Position numbers and translations under genes: made by a program. Positions 38,094-49,799 of a stretch of 64,000 nt of DNA are shown piece after piece (within the stretch, counting starts at the first letter, position 1; each line of letters begins with the position of its first letter). Origin of the DNA: Hypanus sabinus (lineage: Eukaryota); contig NC_082715.1 of assembly GCF_030144855.1 (NCBI RefSeq), forward strand, positions 109,430,001-109,494,000, in the 5' to 3' direction. A model generated the notes under the pieces. It saw nothing but the letters and a program-made list of their open reading frames with translations. It was not told the origin of the DNA and searched no databases.

Positions 38094-38626
38094 CTCCCTG
38101 TGCCAGACAGAGAGTGAAGCTCCCCCTGCACTGTCCAATCACACACTCCCTGTGCCAGACAGAGAGTGGAGCTCCCCCTGCACTGTCCAATCACACACTC
38201 CCTGTGCCAGACAGAGAGTGGAGCTCCCCCTGCACCGTCCAATCACACACTCCCTGTGCCAGACAGAGAGTGGAGCTCCCCCTGCACCGTCCAATCACAC
38301 ACTCCCTGTGCCAGACAGAGAGTGAAGCTCCCCCTGCACTGTCCAATCACACACTCCCTGTGCCAGACAGAGAGTGGAGCTCCCCCTGCACTGTCCAATC
38401 ACACACTCCCTGTGCCAGACAGAGAGTGAAGCTCCCCCTGCACTGTCCAATCACACACTCCCTGTGCCAGACAGAGAGTGGAGCTCCCCCTGCACCGTCC
38501 AATCACACACTCCCTGTGCCAGACAGAGAGTGGAGCTCCCCCTGCACTGTCCAATCACACACTCCCTGTGCCAGACAGAGAGTGGAACTCCCCCTGCACT
38601 GTCCAATCACACACTCCGTGTCAGAC
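38094..38626. repeat. 52-bp minisatellite, 10 near-identical copies, FBXO28 intron 3
   Basis: Unit CTCCCTGTGCCAGACAGAGAGTG(G/A)AGCTCCCCCTGCAC(T/C)GTCCAATCACACA repeated head-to-tail with no spacers. Confidence 0.97.
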
Positions 38627-39493
38627 GGAGTACAGGCTAGGTCAAGAGTAAAACTCACTATATCAGAGAAATAACATGCTCCCACAAGACACTGAGACGT
38701 GTGACTGATTTCATTTGCTGCAATCTGATTTAGTGATTTATGATCACAGGCCATTCAGCCCATTGTCAGTGCCAGCACAGTACCACAAACCCTTTTCCCA
38801 AAACCATGTCCTTCGTTGCACATTGTTCCCTTCTGACCGCCCCATTCCCACAGACAGTTGGCCCCAAGTCACCATTCCGCAGTTTAAGGGTTTCCAACCC
38901 CTGGTTTTCCCTCCCCTCCATTTGCCCTGATTCAACAATTCAGTACTGTTGTTTCCTCATTACTTCCCTACGGAGAACCAGCCGAACCCTCAATTCACCA
39001 AAACCTCCTTCTCTGTGCTGACTAGGACTGTGGGAGGACTGAAATTTTGGTCTCCAATCTCGCTCATCATGACCCCTTGCACCTTGTCTATCTACAGCGC
39101 ACTATCCCTTTCTCTGCAGCTCTTTATTCCGCACTCTGTGTCCCTTTATAATCTACTTCAACACAGAATGATCTGTTGTGATAGCACGCAAAGATTTTCC
39201 CTGCATCTCGGTACAGATGACCACAATGATCCAATATCAATAACAAAGGACCACGAATAGCATTTATTCCTCTCCACCACCCCACACCATTCCTCATTCC
39301 ATTTGTCACTCACATACCAGTGTGAGCAAGAACAACGGCCAGATTCAGCCGGGAATCCATCAAGGGAGATTCATGCGGAGGAAGGCAGATGTCAAAGATG
39401 CTCTGCTGTCAGATACTGGGGTGTCTTAGCACCAGGAATGGTAACGGGACACAACAGACGTGGGCACCGCACCGCTGCCCTCCCCTCACACAC

Positions 39494-39632
39494 CTTGCCT
39501 GGAATGAAGCAGCAGAGATTGGTGTCGACATATTTCATGAAGGTCATGTTGAGGAGGGAGAGCCTGGTCTCCACCGCAGCCAAGATGTCCGCGTGGCGTG
39601 CCAGCGAGTGGTTCCTGCGCTCCGATTCCCGA
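39494..39632 (-). CDS. FBXO28: FBXO28 coding exon 3 (139 nt)
   Basis: (R)RESERRNHSLARHADILAAVETRLSLLNMTFMKYVDTNLCCFIPGK; pyrimidine-rich acceptor ending ttccag, donor gtgtgt. Confidence 0.96.
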
Positions 39633-40939
39633 CTGGAAGGAGAGAGAATTAACTCTTCTTGTGTCCACGGACTGCACACTCCCCTGCTCCAGCTGGTAAC
39701 AAGACTTCCCCTCATCTACCCCATTACAGCTACAACCAGGTGACAAAGGAGTCCAGTGTAGCCTTATTATGACCAGCCTTGCACGCCACCCACCTCTTCA
39801 CACCCCCTGGAGCCTAATACTTAAATCTTCAGAATAAATTTCCCCTTGTCTCTGAATTTTGCAGAAAAAGCTTTACCCTCCTGTAGATTCTCACTTCTTA
39901 TGTTATCCTCTGGTATACAATATTCCTGAAGAAACACCCTCTCCAAAGAGCAGTGTCCTAACTCAAACACCAGCTGGGTGAACATCATATCGAGTTTTCA
40001 ACATAATTACCTTTCAAAATCAAAATGTCACTGTCCCACCACAAATGCAATGCTCTCCATACTTACAAAGAAGGTCATGGAGAATCATCGTTTACGAAGC
40101 AACACAAAATATTTGGAATTCCCAATTCTCCTCACACTGGAAGGTTCTGGCCTTTGAGACTGTTCTGTTGTCAGAGATACAGCAGAGATGGTGAACAGCA
40201 GCCGTGGCCTGGTGCAGAAGACCCTGTGGGACCACTCAGAGGACAAGTGGGGAATTTACCTAGTGATGCTAGTCCTAGGCCTACCGGTGTCAGAAAAAAG
40301 ATTGGCACAGGAGAAGCATGGCTAGTGAACAGAGATCTGTGAAGACAAGACTATGAAGGGAGTAGGGTCATTGCTCTGTTGGCCAAGGCTGCTGACGAGA
40401 TGTCAGAGCTCACAGGGGAATTCTATGAAACAGCAGTTCCATCTTTACTGGATGCTGTGCCGAGTTCTCAGCACACTCTACAAGGATGAACGGTCAACAT
40501 GGTGTTTCCACTGCCAGCAATGTAATGGACACTGTGTGGGCTGTGCCTGTTTGATTTGGTACAGAGATTTAATTGCGTTGTGTAAAACTACACGGGCCAG
40601 GTAGAAGGACCAGCTTCCCTTGGGTCAGATCAGGCAGCAACCCTCCAAACATCAATTCCTGGAGAACCCATAGACTGACCCAAAATTCATTTCCAGCATA
40701 TTTGGCCAATTCAATGATACATTCTTTCATAAGCATCATCACTTCCTCTGGTCACCATCACAGGCACCAATTAGCCCCAAAGTCCCTGTAACAACCTTGC
40801 TTCTGCCCAGGTCACACGACAACGCATCCCCCACCCCCCGGTCGGTCTGTACACAGATCACAGGGAGCTCTGCCCAATCAGGTGCAGACACTCAGAGACA
40901 AACCCGACCACGACTGAGCTCGACGGGTAGCATACTCAC

Positions 40940-41049
40940 CGTGGAAGCTGGGCTTTGACCTGTTTCTGACACAGGCTGTGATACCTCTCGACCTTCAGGA
41001 AGCCCTGGTTCAGCAGACGCTGGCAGATTGCGTCCATCCGCTTGCACAC
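40940..41049 (-). CDS. FBXO28: FBXO28 coding exon 2 (110 nt)
   Basis: VCKRMDAICQRLLNQGFLKVERYHSLCQKQVKAQLP+CG; acceptor ctccag, donor gtgagt. Confidence 0.96.
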
Positions 41050-41159
41050 CTGGAGCGAGAACAGAGTCACAGAGACACCACACACCAGCAGCTTTGACAA
41101 CAGAGACACCACACAGCATCCATTCGTTAAACAGCGTCAGCAGCATTTCACAGGTGTCC

Positions 41160-42030
41160 TGAAGGGGCTCCCACTGTTGGGGAGGGAGTTCCAGGTCTCA
41201 GACTGTGAATCACTGTGACACATTTCCAAAACATGAATTGGAGAGGAAGCTGCCTTGCTGGGATAGAATCCAAGGGTTTGGGAGGTGCCATCAGTAATAA
41301 CATCTCCTCCTCACTGACAAGCAACACTGGTGCACCTCAAGGGTGTGTGCTTAGCCCACTGCTTACTCTTTCTACACTCATGCCCGTGTGGCTAAGCAGA
41401 GTTCAAACGGCATCTAAATATTTGCTGATGACACTGTTGACAAAGTCAAATTTACTGTCAGATGAACAAGTGCACGGGTGCAAAGAAAACCTGACTTGCA
41501 GAAGGATCACAGGCAGAAGGATTCAGCATTATCTCAGCAGCCTTCACAAGGAAAATAAACAATTTGCTACAAGACCACAATAGGAACTAAAGAAAAAGTT
41601 TGGCCCCAGTGTTGCTGAGAGTTCTGATAGTTGGTTGAAGAAGTAACTCTTTCGGAATCTGGTGGTGTGGGACTTCAGGCTTCTGTATCTCCCATCTGAC
41701 AGCAGCTGTGAGAAGGACGAAGAGCCTGGAAATTTCCGATGATATTTGTTGCCGTCTTGAGGCAGTACCTCATGAGATGGAGGGGAAGGGTATGTTGTCT
41801 GAGTCCACTTCTTTCTGCAGCGTACATTCCCGCACTTTTGAACTGTCTCACCAAAACGCGATAACAAGCTGAACCTCCTTAGCTCACTGAGAGACGCTGA
41901 CACACTTTCGGTATAATGGTGAATGTGCTGGGCCCAGGACAGGTTGTCCTGTATGCTAATACCCATCAATCCCCCAATGCAGACTGGTGGAGATTTGCTT
42001 TCCTGAAGTCCACAATCAGCTGCTTAGCTA
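41160..42030. mobile_element. Rex1/Babar-like LINE fragments in both orientations
   Basis: NTGAPQGCVLSPLL on plus; GISIQDNLSWAQHI...RYRSLKSHTTRFRKSYF on minus. Confidence 0.7.
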
Positions 42031-43137
42031 AGCAAGAGGCTGGCTTTGCAGTGACACTTGACGAGGGGTCCTGAATCCAGACGGGGGAGATGTAGTGTAC
42101 CTCGAATTTCAGAAGGCATTTGATAACGTCCCACATAGGAGATTGGTGGGTAAAACCAAAGCTCAGGGCATCGTGGGGGGGGGGGGGGGGAGAAGACATT
42201 GACATGGATAGAAAACTGGTTGGCAGATAGAAAGCAAAGGGTAGTGGTGAATGGGTGTTTCTCGGAATGGCAGGTGGTGACTAGTGGGGTGCCACATATT
42301 GGGACCACAGCTGTTTATAATTTACGTCAACGATTTGGATGAAGGCATTGAAAATGACATCAGCAAGTTTGCTGATGATACTAAGCTGGGTGGCAGTGTG
42401 ACATGTGATGAGGACGTTAGGAGAATTCAGGGTGACTTGGATAGGCTGGGTGAGTGGGCAGATACTTGGCAGATGACGTTTATTGTGAATAAGTGTGAGG
42501 TTATCCACTTTGGGAGTAAGAACAGGAAGGCAGATTATTATCTGAACGGTGTAGAGTTAGGAGATCTAGGAGTACTTGTTCATCAGTCACTGAAGGTGAA
42601 TGAGCAAGTGCAGCAGGCAGTGAAGAAGGCTAATGAAATGTTGGCCTTTATTACAAAGGGAATTGAGTACAAGAGCAAGGAAATCCTCTTGCATTTGAAC
42701 AGAGCCCTGGTGAGACCACACCTGGAGTATTGTGTAGTTTTGGTCTTCAGGGTTAAGGAAGGACATCCTGGCTGCAGAGGAAGTACAGCGTAAATACACG
42801 AGGTTAATTCCTGGGATGTCTGGACTGTCTTACGCAGATTCATTAGAGAGACAAGGCTTGTACACGCTGGAATTAAGGAGATTGACAAGGGATCTGATTG
42901 CAACATATAAGATTATTAAGGGATTGGACAAGATAGAGGCAGGAAATATGTTCCAGATGCTGGGAGAGTCCAGTACCAGAGGGTATGGTTTGAGAATAAG
43001 GGGTAGGTCATTTAGGACAGAGTTAAGGAAAAACTTCTTCTCCCGGGGAGTTGTGGGGGTCTGGAATGCACTGCCTCAGAAGGCAGTGGAGGCCAATTCT
43101 CTGGATGCTTTCAAGAAGGAGCTAGATATGGATAGGG

Positions 43138-43877
43138 CAGGGGTCGGCAACGTTTACCACTGAAAGAGCCAGTATGGACCTATTTCCCACAGAAAAGAAA
43201 ACACTGGGAGCCACAAAACCCGTTTGACATTTAAAATGCAATAACACTGCATACAACGGTTTTTTTTTGCCTTTATGCTATGTATAAACAAACTATAATG
43301 TGTTGCATTTATGAAATTGATGAACTCCTGCAGAGAAAACAAAATTACATTTCTGCATGCAACAAAAACATTTTGAACTCCGAAAAAAAGACGTTAGGTT
43401 GAAGGTTACTCCATAGGTAGCCTACCTTGGATCGAAGAATTAAAAGAAAGCGCGCACTGGCGGGTGTCAGGCATTGGCAGTGGTGATGTATATTAATAGC
43501 GATAAAAAACACGTTGTAGTGGTGTAGCGCTACACGCAGCACGAAAATAAAGACACTGCAGTCAAAGGTAACTTTATTCAAACTAAACAGCCTTGATTTA
43601 AAGCCTCCCTCAACCCGTCCCCGTGGGCGCGGATGCTCCAAAAGACACGTACTCACAAACCCCCATAGGCTATCTCCCTTAGACGGAACGGTGGCTAATT
43701 GTGAGCCGGTTCGGATGTGCCAGGAAATGGGGTCTCCACAAAGTTTTTAGATTGTACAAGATCACCATAATCTTCAAATTTCGAATTACATTTCAAAAAC
43801 TAACAAACCACGGGGAGCCGCAGCACAGAGATCAAAGAGGCGCATGCGGCACCGGAGCCGCGGGTTGCCGACCCCTG
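43138..43877. mobile_element. Non-autonomous hAT (Charlie-like) DNA transposon/MITE inserted in a CR1
   Basis: 14-bp TIRs CAGGGGTCGGCAAC / GTTGCCGACCCCTG; perfect 8-bp TSD GGATAGGG at 43130-43137 and 43878-43885. Confidence 0.93.
43515..43740 (-). mobile_element. Solo LTR of a Gypsy family related to the 32550-36833 element, nested in the hAT MITE
   Basis: Reverse complement starts TGTGGAGACCCCATTTCCTGGCACATCCGAACCGGCTCACAA and ends GCTTTAAA...TTTGAATAAAG...GCTGCGTGTAGCGCTACACCACTACA, paralleling both ends of the Gypsy LTRs. Flanks ACGT/AAGT form a 4-bp TSD with 1 mismatch. Confidence 0.85.
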
Positions 43878-44699
43878 GGATAGGGGAATCAAGGGATATG
43901 GGGACAAGGCAGGAACCGGATATTGATAGTAGTTGATCAGCCATGATCTCAAAATGGTGGTGCAGGCTCGAAGGGCCGAATGGTCTACTTCTGTACCTAT
44001 TGTCTATTGAATCGCTCTAGTAAGCTGACTCATTGCCATCTGTGATTCATCCAATGACAGTACAGAACCTCAGGAGTGAGACAGATTGGTGTTACCACAA
44101 CCACTTTGCACTCTACATCAGTAAGGCCACCGGATTAATTGCAGCCTGCAGGAGAACACACACCAATCCTCATTAAGGGTCTGTGCTGGAAAGTGCACAG
44201 CCTCGAGCTCCTGGGCGTCACCCCAGTTGCTCCACTTCATTGGAAGTTTGAAGAAATTCAGTACGTTTTCCAAAAATGTAAATTATTTGTAGAGTGGAGA
44301 GGATTCTGACAGGTTACATCATTGCCTGGTGCAGAGATCCACTGCACTGAATTACAGAGGGTCATAGACTCTCAGCTCCATCACAGGAACAAATTTGCCC
44401 ACCATCGAGGACACCTGCAGGAGGTGGCACCTCAAGAAGGCAGCATCTTTCACTGGAGACCCTTCCCACCTGGGACAAGCTCTCTTCTCATCACTACCAT
44501 CAGGACCCTCACAGAGATTCAGAACCATCTTCTTCCACTCCAACAGATTTCTGAAAGATCCATGAACACCACCTTCAGAATTTTTTAAAGCTATTTACTT
44601 ACTTCTGTAATTTACAGTAGTTTTATATCTCTGCTGCTGCAAAACAACAATTTCACATCATCTCGTCAATGATAATAAATCTGACCCTGTCAGAGTGAT

Positions 44700-46090
44700 T
44701 GTAGTACACTGATCTGAGCTAGTCCCATTTGGCTCACAACCCTCTAATTTTGTTTCTATCCACGTACCTGCCTAAACGTCTTCTAAACATTGTTTTGATC
44801 CACTTCTGCAGCTTCCTCTGGCAACTCGTTCCATATACAAGCTATCCTCTGTATAAAAATGTTTGCCCTTGGGACCTTTCTAAATCCCTTCCCTTTCACC
44901 TTACACCTATGCCCTTTTAAACTCTTGGGAAAATAACTGTGACCATCTACCTTGTCTTTGCTCCTCATGATTCTATATATATTTCTATAGTCACCCCTCA
45001 GCTTCCTGCATTTCAGAGGAAAAAAGTCTCAGCCTCTCTTTTTAACTCCAGCTGTGTAGTCCCAGTAACGTCCCTGTGAATCTTTCCTGCACCCTTTCCA
45101 GCTAAAATGACACATTTCCTCTAGTTTGGCGACCTGAACTGCACACTGTCTTACCAATGACTTGTGCGGGTATAACATGAAGATCCAACTACCGTATTCG
45201 TTGTCCCAAGTGATGACAGCATGCCTGCCAGACACTGACTTTACTAACCTATCTCGCTGTCAGGAGCTATGAACCTGTACAGTGCAGGCATCCCACACTG
45301 GTGAAGGAGGGAAGGAATGGTTAGCCTGGCTATCAGTCAATCCTGGATGATGTAGAGATTTTTTGGAATTGTCACATCGAACACAAAATGCTTCACGCTG
45401 GAGTGATGTAACTGGTGTAGTTGGGGCCTTAGTTTTTTACATCAATGACAAAATCTAAGACTCCCACCAACAACAACTGATGAAAGGGCAATTTGTGATG
45501 GGGACACTGTTACTGTGCAATGGGATACAGAGTGATGGGTGAAAATCTGGCAAAAGTGGGCAAGGGTGAAATCTTGGGAATGGAAAGGGGATTAGAATTT
45601 AAGTGATGCAAGACTGCACACAAGCAAAATTCAGAGAGATCTTTTTGTTCTTGTACACAAGTCACACAAAGTTAGCAGGCAGGAATGCAAAAAGCAACTT
45701 GGCCTTCACTGCCAAGGGATTGGAGTTTAAAAATAAGGATGTTTTGTTACAATTGTATTGAGTGTTCGTGAGATTGCTCCCCTAACCTAAAAAAATGACA
45801 TTGTGGTAGGATCATTCCACAGAAACATACAAGATCCTAAAGGGATCAGACAGGGCAAATGTCAAAGTGTTTTCAACTAACAGGAGAGTCACAAAGAAGT
45901 GGATATAACCACCATATAAGGAGCCAAACTAAGGTGGGAGCAGATCCCTGGAATTCTATCCCCAAAGGAGATGAAGGTTAGATCACTATAAACGTTTAAG
46001 ACGGAGACAGGCAAATTCTTGAAAAAAATCAGAGAATTAAGGGTGAGGTGGGGGAGCTGGTACAAGTAGGGTTTAAACTCTGCCAAGATC
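44700..46090. mobile_element. Two degraded CR1 fragments in opposite orientations
   Basis: IQRIACIWNELPEEA on minus (44783-44968); decayed plus-strand CR1 RT sequence at about 45420-46090. Confidence 0.5.
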
Positions 46091-47063
46091 ATTTTCAACA
46101 GGACAAATTTAAGGAGTGGCTACTCCTGTCCTTGGAGATGCATGCCTCCAAACCAGTGCCCAACTCTCCCCAATATGCAGGACCTCCTCGAGAGGCACTG
46201 TCTCAGGAAGGCAACATCTTCCCCATCTGGGCCTCGTCCTCTTCTCGACGCTGTCATCAGACGGGAGGTACAGGAGCCCGAAGCTTCGTCAAATGCTTGA
46301 ACCTTAAAAACCCTAATCGTATCTTGTTACTTGTCTGTTCAACCTTTACTAACTTTGTGTTTATAAGCTTAATGTTGTTACCTAACTTGTGCATCTTTTA
46401 TGTTAGTCTCCATTACAAAAGTCTGCATTAACTTTTGTTGTAATACTCTGTGCTGCTGCTGTAAACAGACAAATTCCAGACCATTTATATCCTGGGTATG
46501 TATGTCTATAAACATAAACTCAACACCTGAAGTATTCCATCACACTTCACTTGTGCTTTGGGGTGTCATAAATTCAGGCAAAGTATATCAGGTCTCTTAC
46601 ACTTGCAGTTGGTTAACGGTGACCCAGGACATAACATCACTAAGCATCAAAGTGTCTTGCTAGACATGCCTGTTCCCGGTACCAATGATTAGACAGAAAG
46701 ATACACGGACCTCTTAAGGTCTTCAGCCCACAATCTACCTCATTATGACCCATAACCTGCCTGCACAGCACTCTCTCGGTTACTGCAACACTTCATTCTG
46801 TTATTACCTTCCCCTTGTACAACCTCGATACACTGATGTAATAATCAGTACACAAAACACAAACCTTCACTTGTGACAACAGTTAACCAGTTACCACTTT
46901 AAAATCACAACAACTAAAAGCAGAGAAGTTGTCTACGTACAAGATGACACGGAAAGGTGCTGAGAAGGATCAGCGAAGATTTATCTTACTCTGCCAGTGA
47001 GAAGAGATTCAAAAGCAGCGGGATAAGATCTGAATGAGCAGGATTGCATCTTTGAACATTATA

Positions 47064-48572
47064 ATGTTCTATAGATTCAGGAACAGTTCCTGCTGATTAT
47101 GTTCTACAGATTCAGGAACAGTTCCTGCCGATTGGAGGGTGGCTAATGTTGTCCCACTTTTCAAGAAAGGAGGGAGAGAGAAAACAGGGAATTATAGACT
47201 GGTTAGCCTGACGCCAGTGGAGGGAAAGATGCTGGAGTCAACTATAAAAGAGGAAATTACAACATATTTGGATAGCAGTAGAAGGATCAGTCCGAATCAG
47301 CATGGATTTATGAAGGGAAGATCATGCTTGACTAATCTTCTGGAGTTTTTTGAGGATGTAACTATGAAAATGGACAAGGGAGAGCCAGTGGATGCAGTGT
47401 ACCTGGACTTCCAGAAAGCTTTTGATAAAGTCCCACATAGGAGATTAGTGGGCAAAATTAGGGCACATGGTATTGGGGGTAAAGTACTGACATGGATTGA
47501 AAATTGGCTGGCTGACAGGAAACAAAGAGTAGCGATTAACGGGTCCCTTTTGGAATGGCAGGCTGTGACCAGTGGGGTACCGTAAGGTTCGGTGCTGGGA
47601 TTGCAGCTGTTTACAATATACATTAATGATTTAGATGAAGGGATTAAAAGTAACATTAGCAAATTTGCCCATGACACAAAGCTGGGTGGCAGTGTGAAAT
47701 GTCAGGAGGATGTTATGAGAATGCAGGGTGACTTGGACAGGTTGGGTGAGTGGGCAAATGTATGGCAGATGCAGTTTAATGTGGATAAATGTGAGGTTAT
47801 CCACTTTGGTGGCAAGAACAGGAAGGCAGATTACTATCTAAATGGAGTCAAGTTAGGAAAAGGGGAAGTGCAACGAGATCTAGGTGTTCTTGTACATCAG
47901 TCAATGAAAGCAAGCATGCAGGTACAGCAGGCAGTGAAGAAAGCTAATGGCATGCTGGCCTTTATAACAAGAATTGAGTATAGGAGTAAAGAGGTCCTTC
48001 TGCAGCTGTACAGGGCCCTGGTGAGACCCCACCTGGAGTATTGTGTGCAGTTTTGGTCTCCAAATTTGAGAAAGGACATTCTTGCTATTGAGGGAGTGCA
48101 GTATAGGTTAATTCCCAGAATGGCGGGACTGTCATATGTTGAAAGATTGGAGCAACTGGGCTTGTATACACTGGAACTTAGAAGGATGAGAGGGGATCTG
48201 ATTGAAACATCTAAGATTATTAAGGGATTGGACACACTGGAGGCAGGAAGCATGTTCCCGCTGATTGGTGAGTCCAGAACTAGAGGCCACAGTTTAAGAA
48301 TAACGGGTAGGCCATTTAGAACAGAGATGCGGAAAAACTTTTTCACCCAGAGAGTGGTGGATATGTGGAATGCTCTGCCCCAGAAGGCAGTGGAGGCCAA
48401 GTCTCTGAATGCATTCAAGAGAATTAGATGGAGCTCTTATAGATAGCGGGGTCAAGGGATATGGGGAGAGGGCAGGAACGGGGTACTGATTGTGTATGAT
48501 CAACCGTGTTCACAGTGAATGGCGGTGCTGGCTAGAAGGGCCGAATGGCCTACACCTGCACCTACTGTCTAT
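47064..48572 (+). mobile_element. 5'-truncated, relatively young CR1 LINE (RT domain to 3'UTR) in FBXO28 intron 1
   Basis: ANVVPLFKKG...NYRLVSLT...YLDFQKAFDKVPH...GVP*GSVLG (TAA at 47583-47585), KFAHDTKL (FADD degraded), LVRPHLEYCVQFWSP; typical CR1 3'UTR gggccgaatggcct. Confidence 0.92.
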
Positions 48573-49109
48573 TTGAGCGAGTACAAGTCAACAGGTCAAA
48601 TAGTCTTCTTCCTGCTACGTGTATATAACCACACCTCAAATCTAACACCCCTGGGTTCTGACACCAGTGGAGACAAGTTTATTTCCATTACCACAAAGAA
48701 ATGGTATGTTATCCCTTTCAGCTAAGGATGCTATTAAACTGACCATCACCCCAAAGCACACCCTTTGCCCTGGGGCAGAGAATCTCCCAACACTGCCCCA
48801 GACCAGACCAACCTCCCATCAACCATCCTGAAGCTGACCACACGCAACTCACAGCACTATGTGGATGGTGGAGTTCTTACGTTACTGGGGCAGTGACTCA
48901 GAGGCCCGTTCGGGAACTTAAATCCATCAGGTAGCAGCATTATTTAACTTCAGACAATCTGACTTTTTTTTAAAAAAAGAGCCAATCTTGGCATCAGAAT
49001 CGGAAAGGCCCCCGGTTCAGTGTCCCACCTAGTACCGGTCAGTGCGATAACCCCAAGACCACGGAGTGGGGTTGAGGAGCGGGAGTAAGGGGGTAAAGGG
49101 GGAGAGGGG

Positions 49110-49620
49110 GTAAAGTGGGAGGTGAAGGCGCTGACAGCGACCCAGACACCGACCAAGAATATCCGCACAACCAGCCTTCACACAGTCAGCAAGAGAGCCC
49201 ACGACCCGGGATGTCCCCACCTCAGGCCGAGGATCCACGTCCCTCTCCCCGACCCCGACCCGCGCTCCCTCACCAGCCGCAGACCGCTGATCTCGTCATA
49301 AGCCATCAGCCCGAGGATGGAGTCGATGGCGACGATGGGAAGATTAAGCAACGGGTTGTCCTGGTGCAGCTGGTCAGTGCCGCCGGCGCCGGGCCCCGAA
49401 TCGGCCGCTCCTTCCCCAAGCCCGGTACCACCACCTCCCGCTCGTTCAGCCGCCATCTCCCAACGCCGCCCCGCCGGACGTGACATACTTGCTACTAACG
49501 CTCGCCCCGCCCCGCCCCGGACGTGACATCACCCCGCTCGAGCTCGCCCCGCCGGAGGCCATCCGCCGTTTCCCGGCGTCATCACGCAGCCTGCCCGACG
49601 GGAGGCGGAGGCGAATGGTT
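49110..49620 (-). promoter_or_regulatory. CpG-island promoter of FBXO28
   Basis: CpG-dense region around exon 1 with several CCGCCC boxes and a duplicated ccggacgtgacat motif (about 49474-49486 and 49517-49529). Confidence 0.75.
49274..49456 (-). CDS. FBXO28: F-box only protein 28, coding exon 1 (183 nt)
   Basis: MAAERAGGGG...DQLHQDNPLLNLPIVAIDSILGLMAYDEISGLRL is the FBXO28 F-box start. Kozak context gagATGG; phase-0 donor gtgagg. Confidence 0.93.
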
Positions 49621-49797
49621 AAAGGCAGAGATGGGAGGGAAGGGATAGGAGGGGAGGGTGAAGGGCAAGGGTAATTAGGGGAGGGGAGGGAAGGGAAGGG
49701 AAGCATGTGTGGAGTGTTGAGGGAAGGGACAGTGGGGAGGATGGAGGGGCAAGGGTAATGTGGGGAGGGATGAGGAAAGGGATAGTGGGGGAGGGTT
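49620..49797. repeat. Polypurine (G/A-rich) low-complexity tract upstream of FBXO28
   Basis: GGGA/GAGGG runs with an internal duplication (gggcaagggtaat twice). Confidence 0.75.
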
Positions 49798-49799
49798 AT

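Larger units (their letters stand above)
42080..44010 (+). mobile_element. CR1 LINE 3' portion interrupted by the hAT MITE
   Basis: KFADDTKLGG and LVRPHLEYCV motifs; the 3'UTR resumes after 43885 (aagggatatgggg...gggccgaatggtct). Confidence 0.88.

Noticed and set aside
38094-38626. Possible CRISPR array or repeat-protein ORFs (38114-38674 etc.)
   Set aside because: Units are contiguous with no unique spacers, there are no cas genes and the context is a vertebrate intron. The ORFs arise from a stop-free 52-bp unit.
47139-48446. Functional or domesticated reverse transcriptase gene
   Set aside because: 5'-truncated CR1 with an in-frame stop and a mutated catalytic motif (FAHD).
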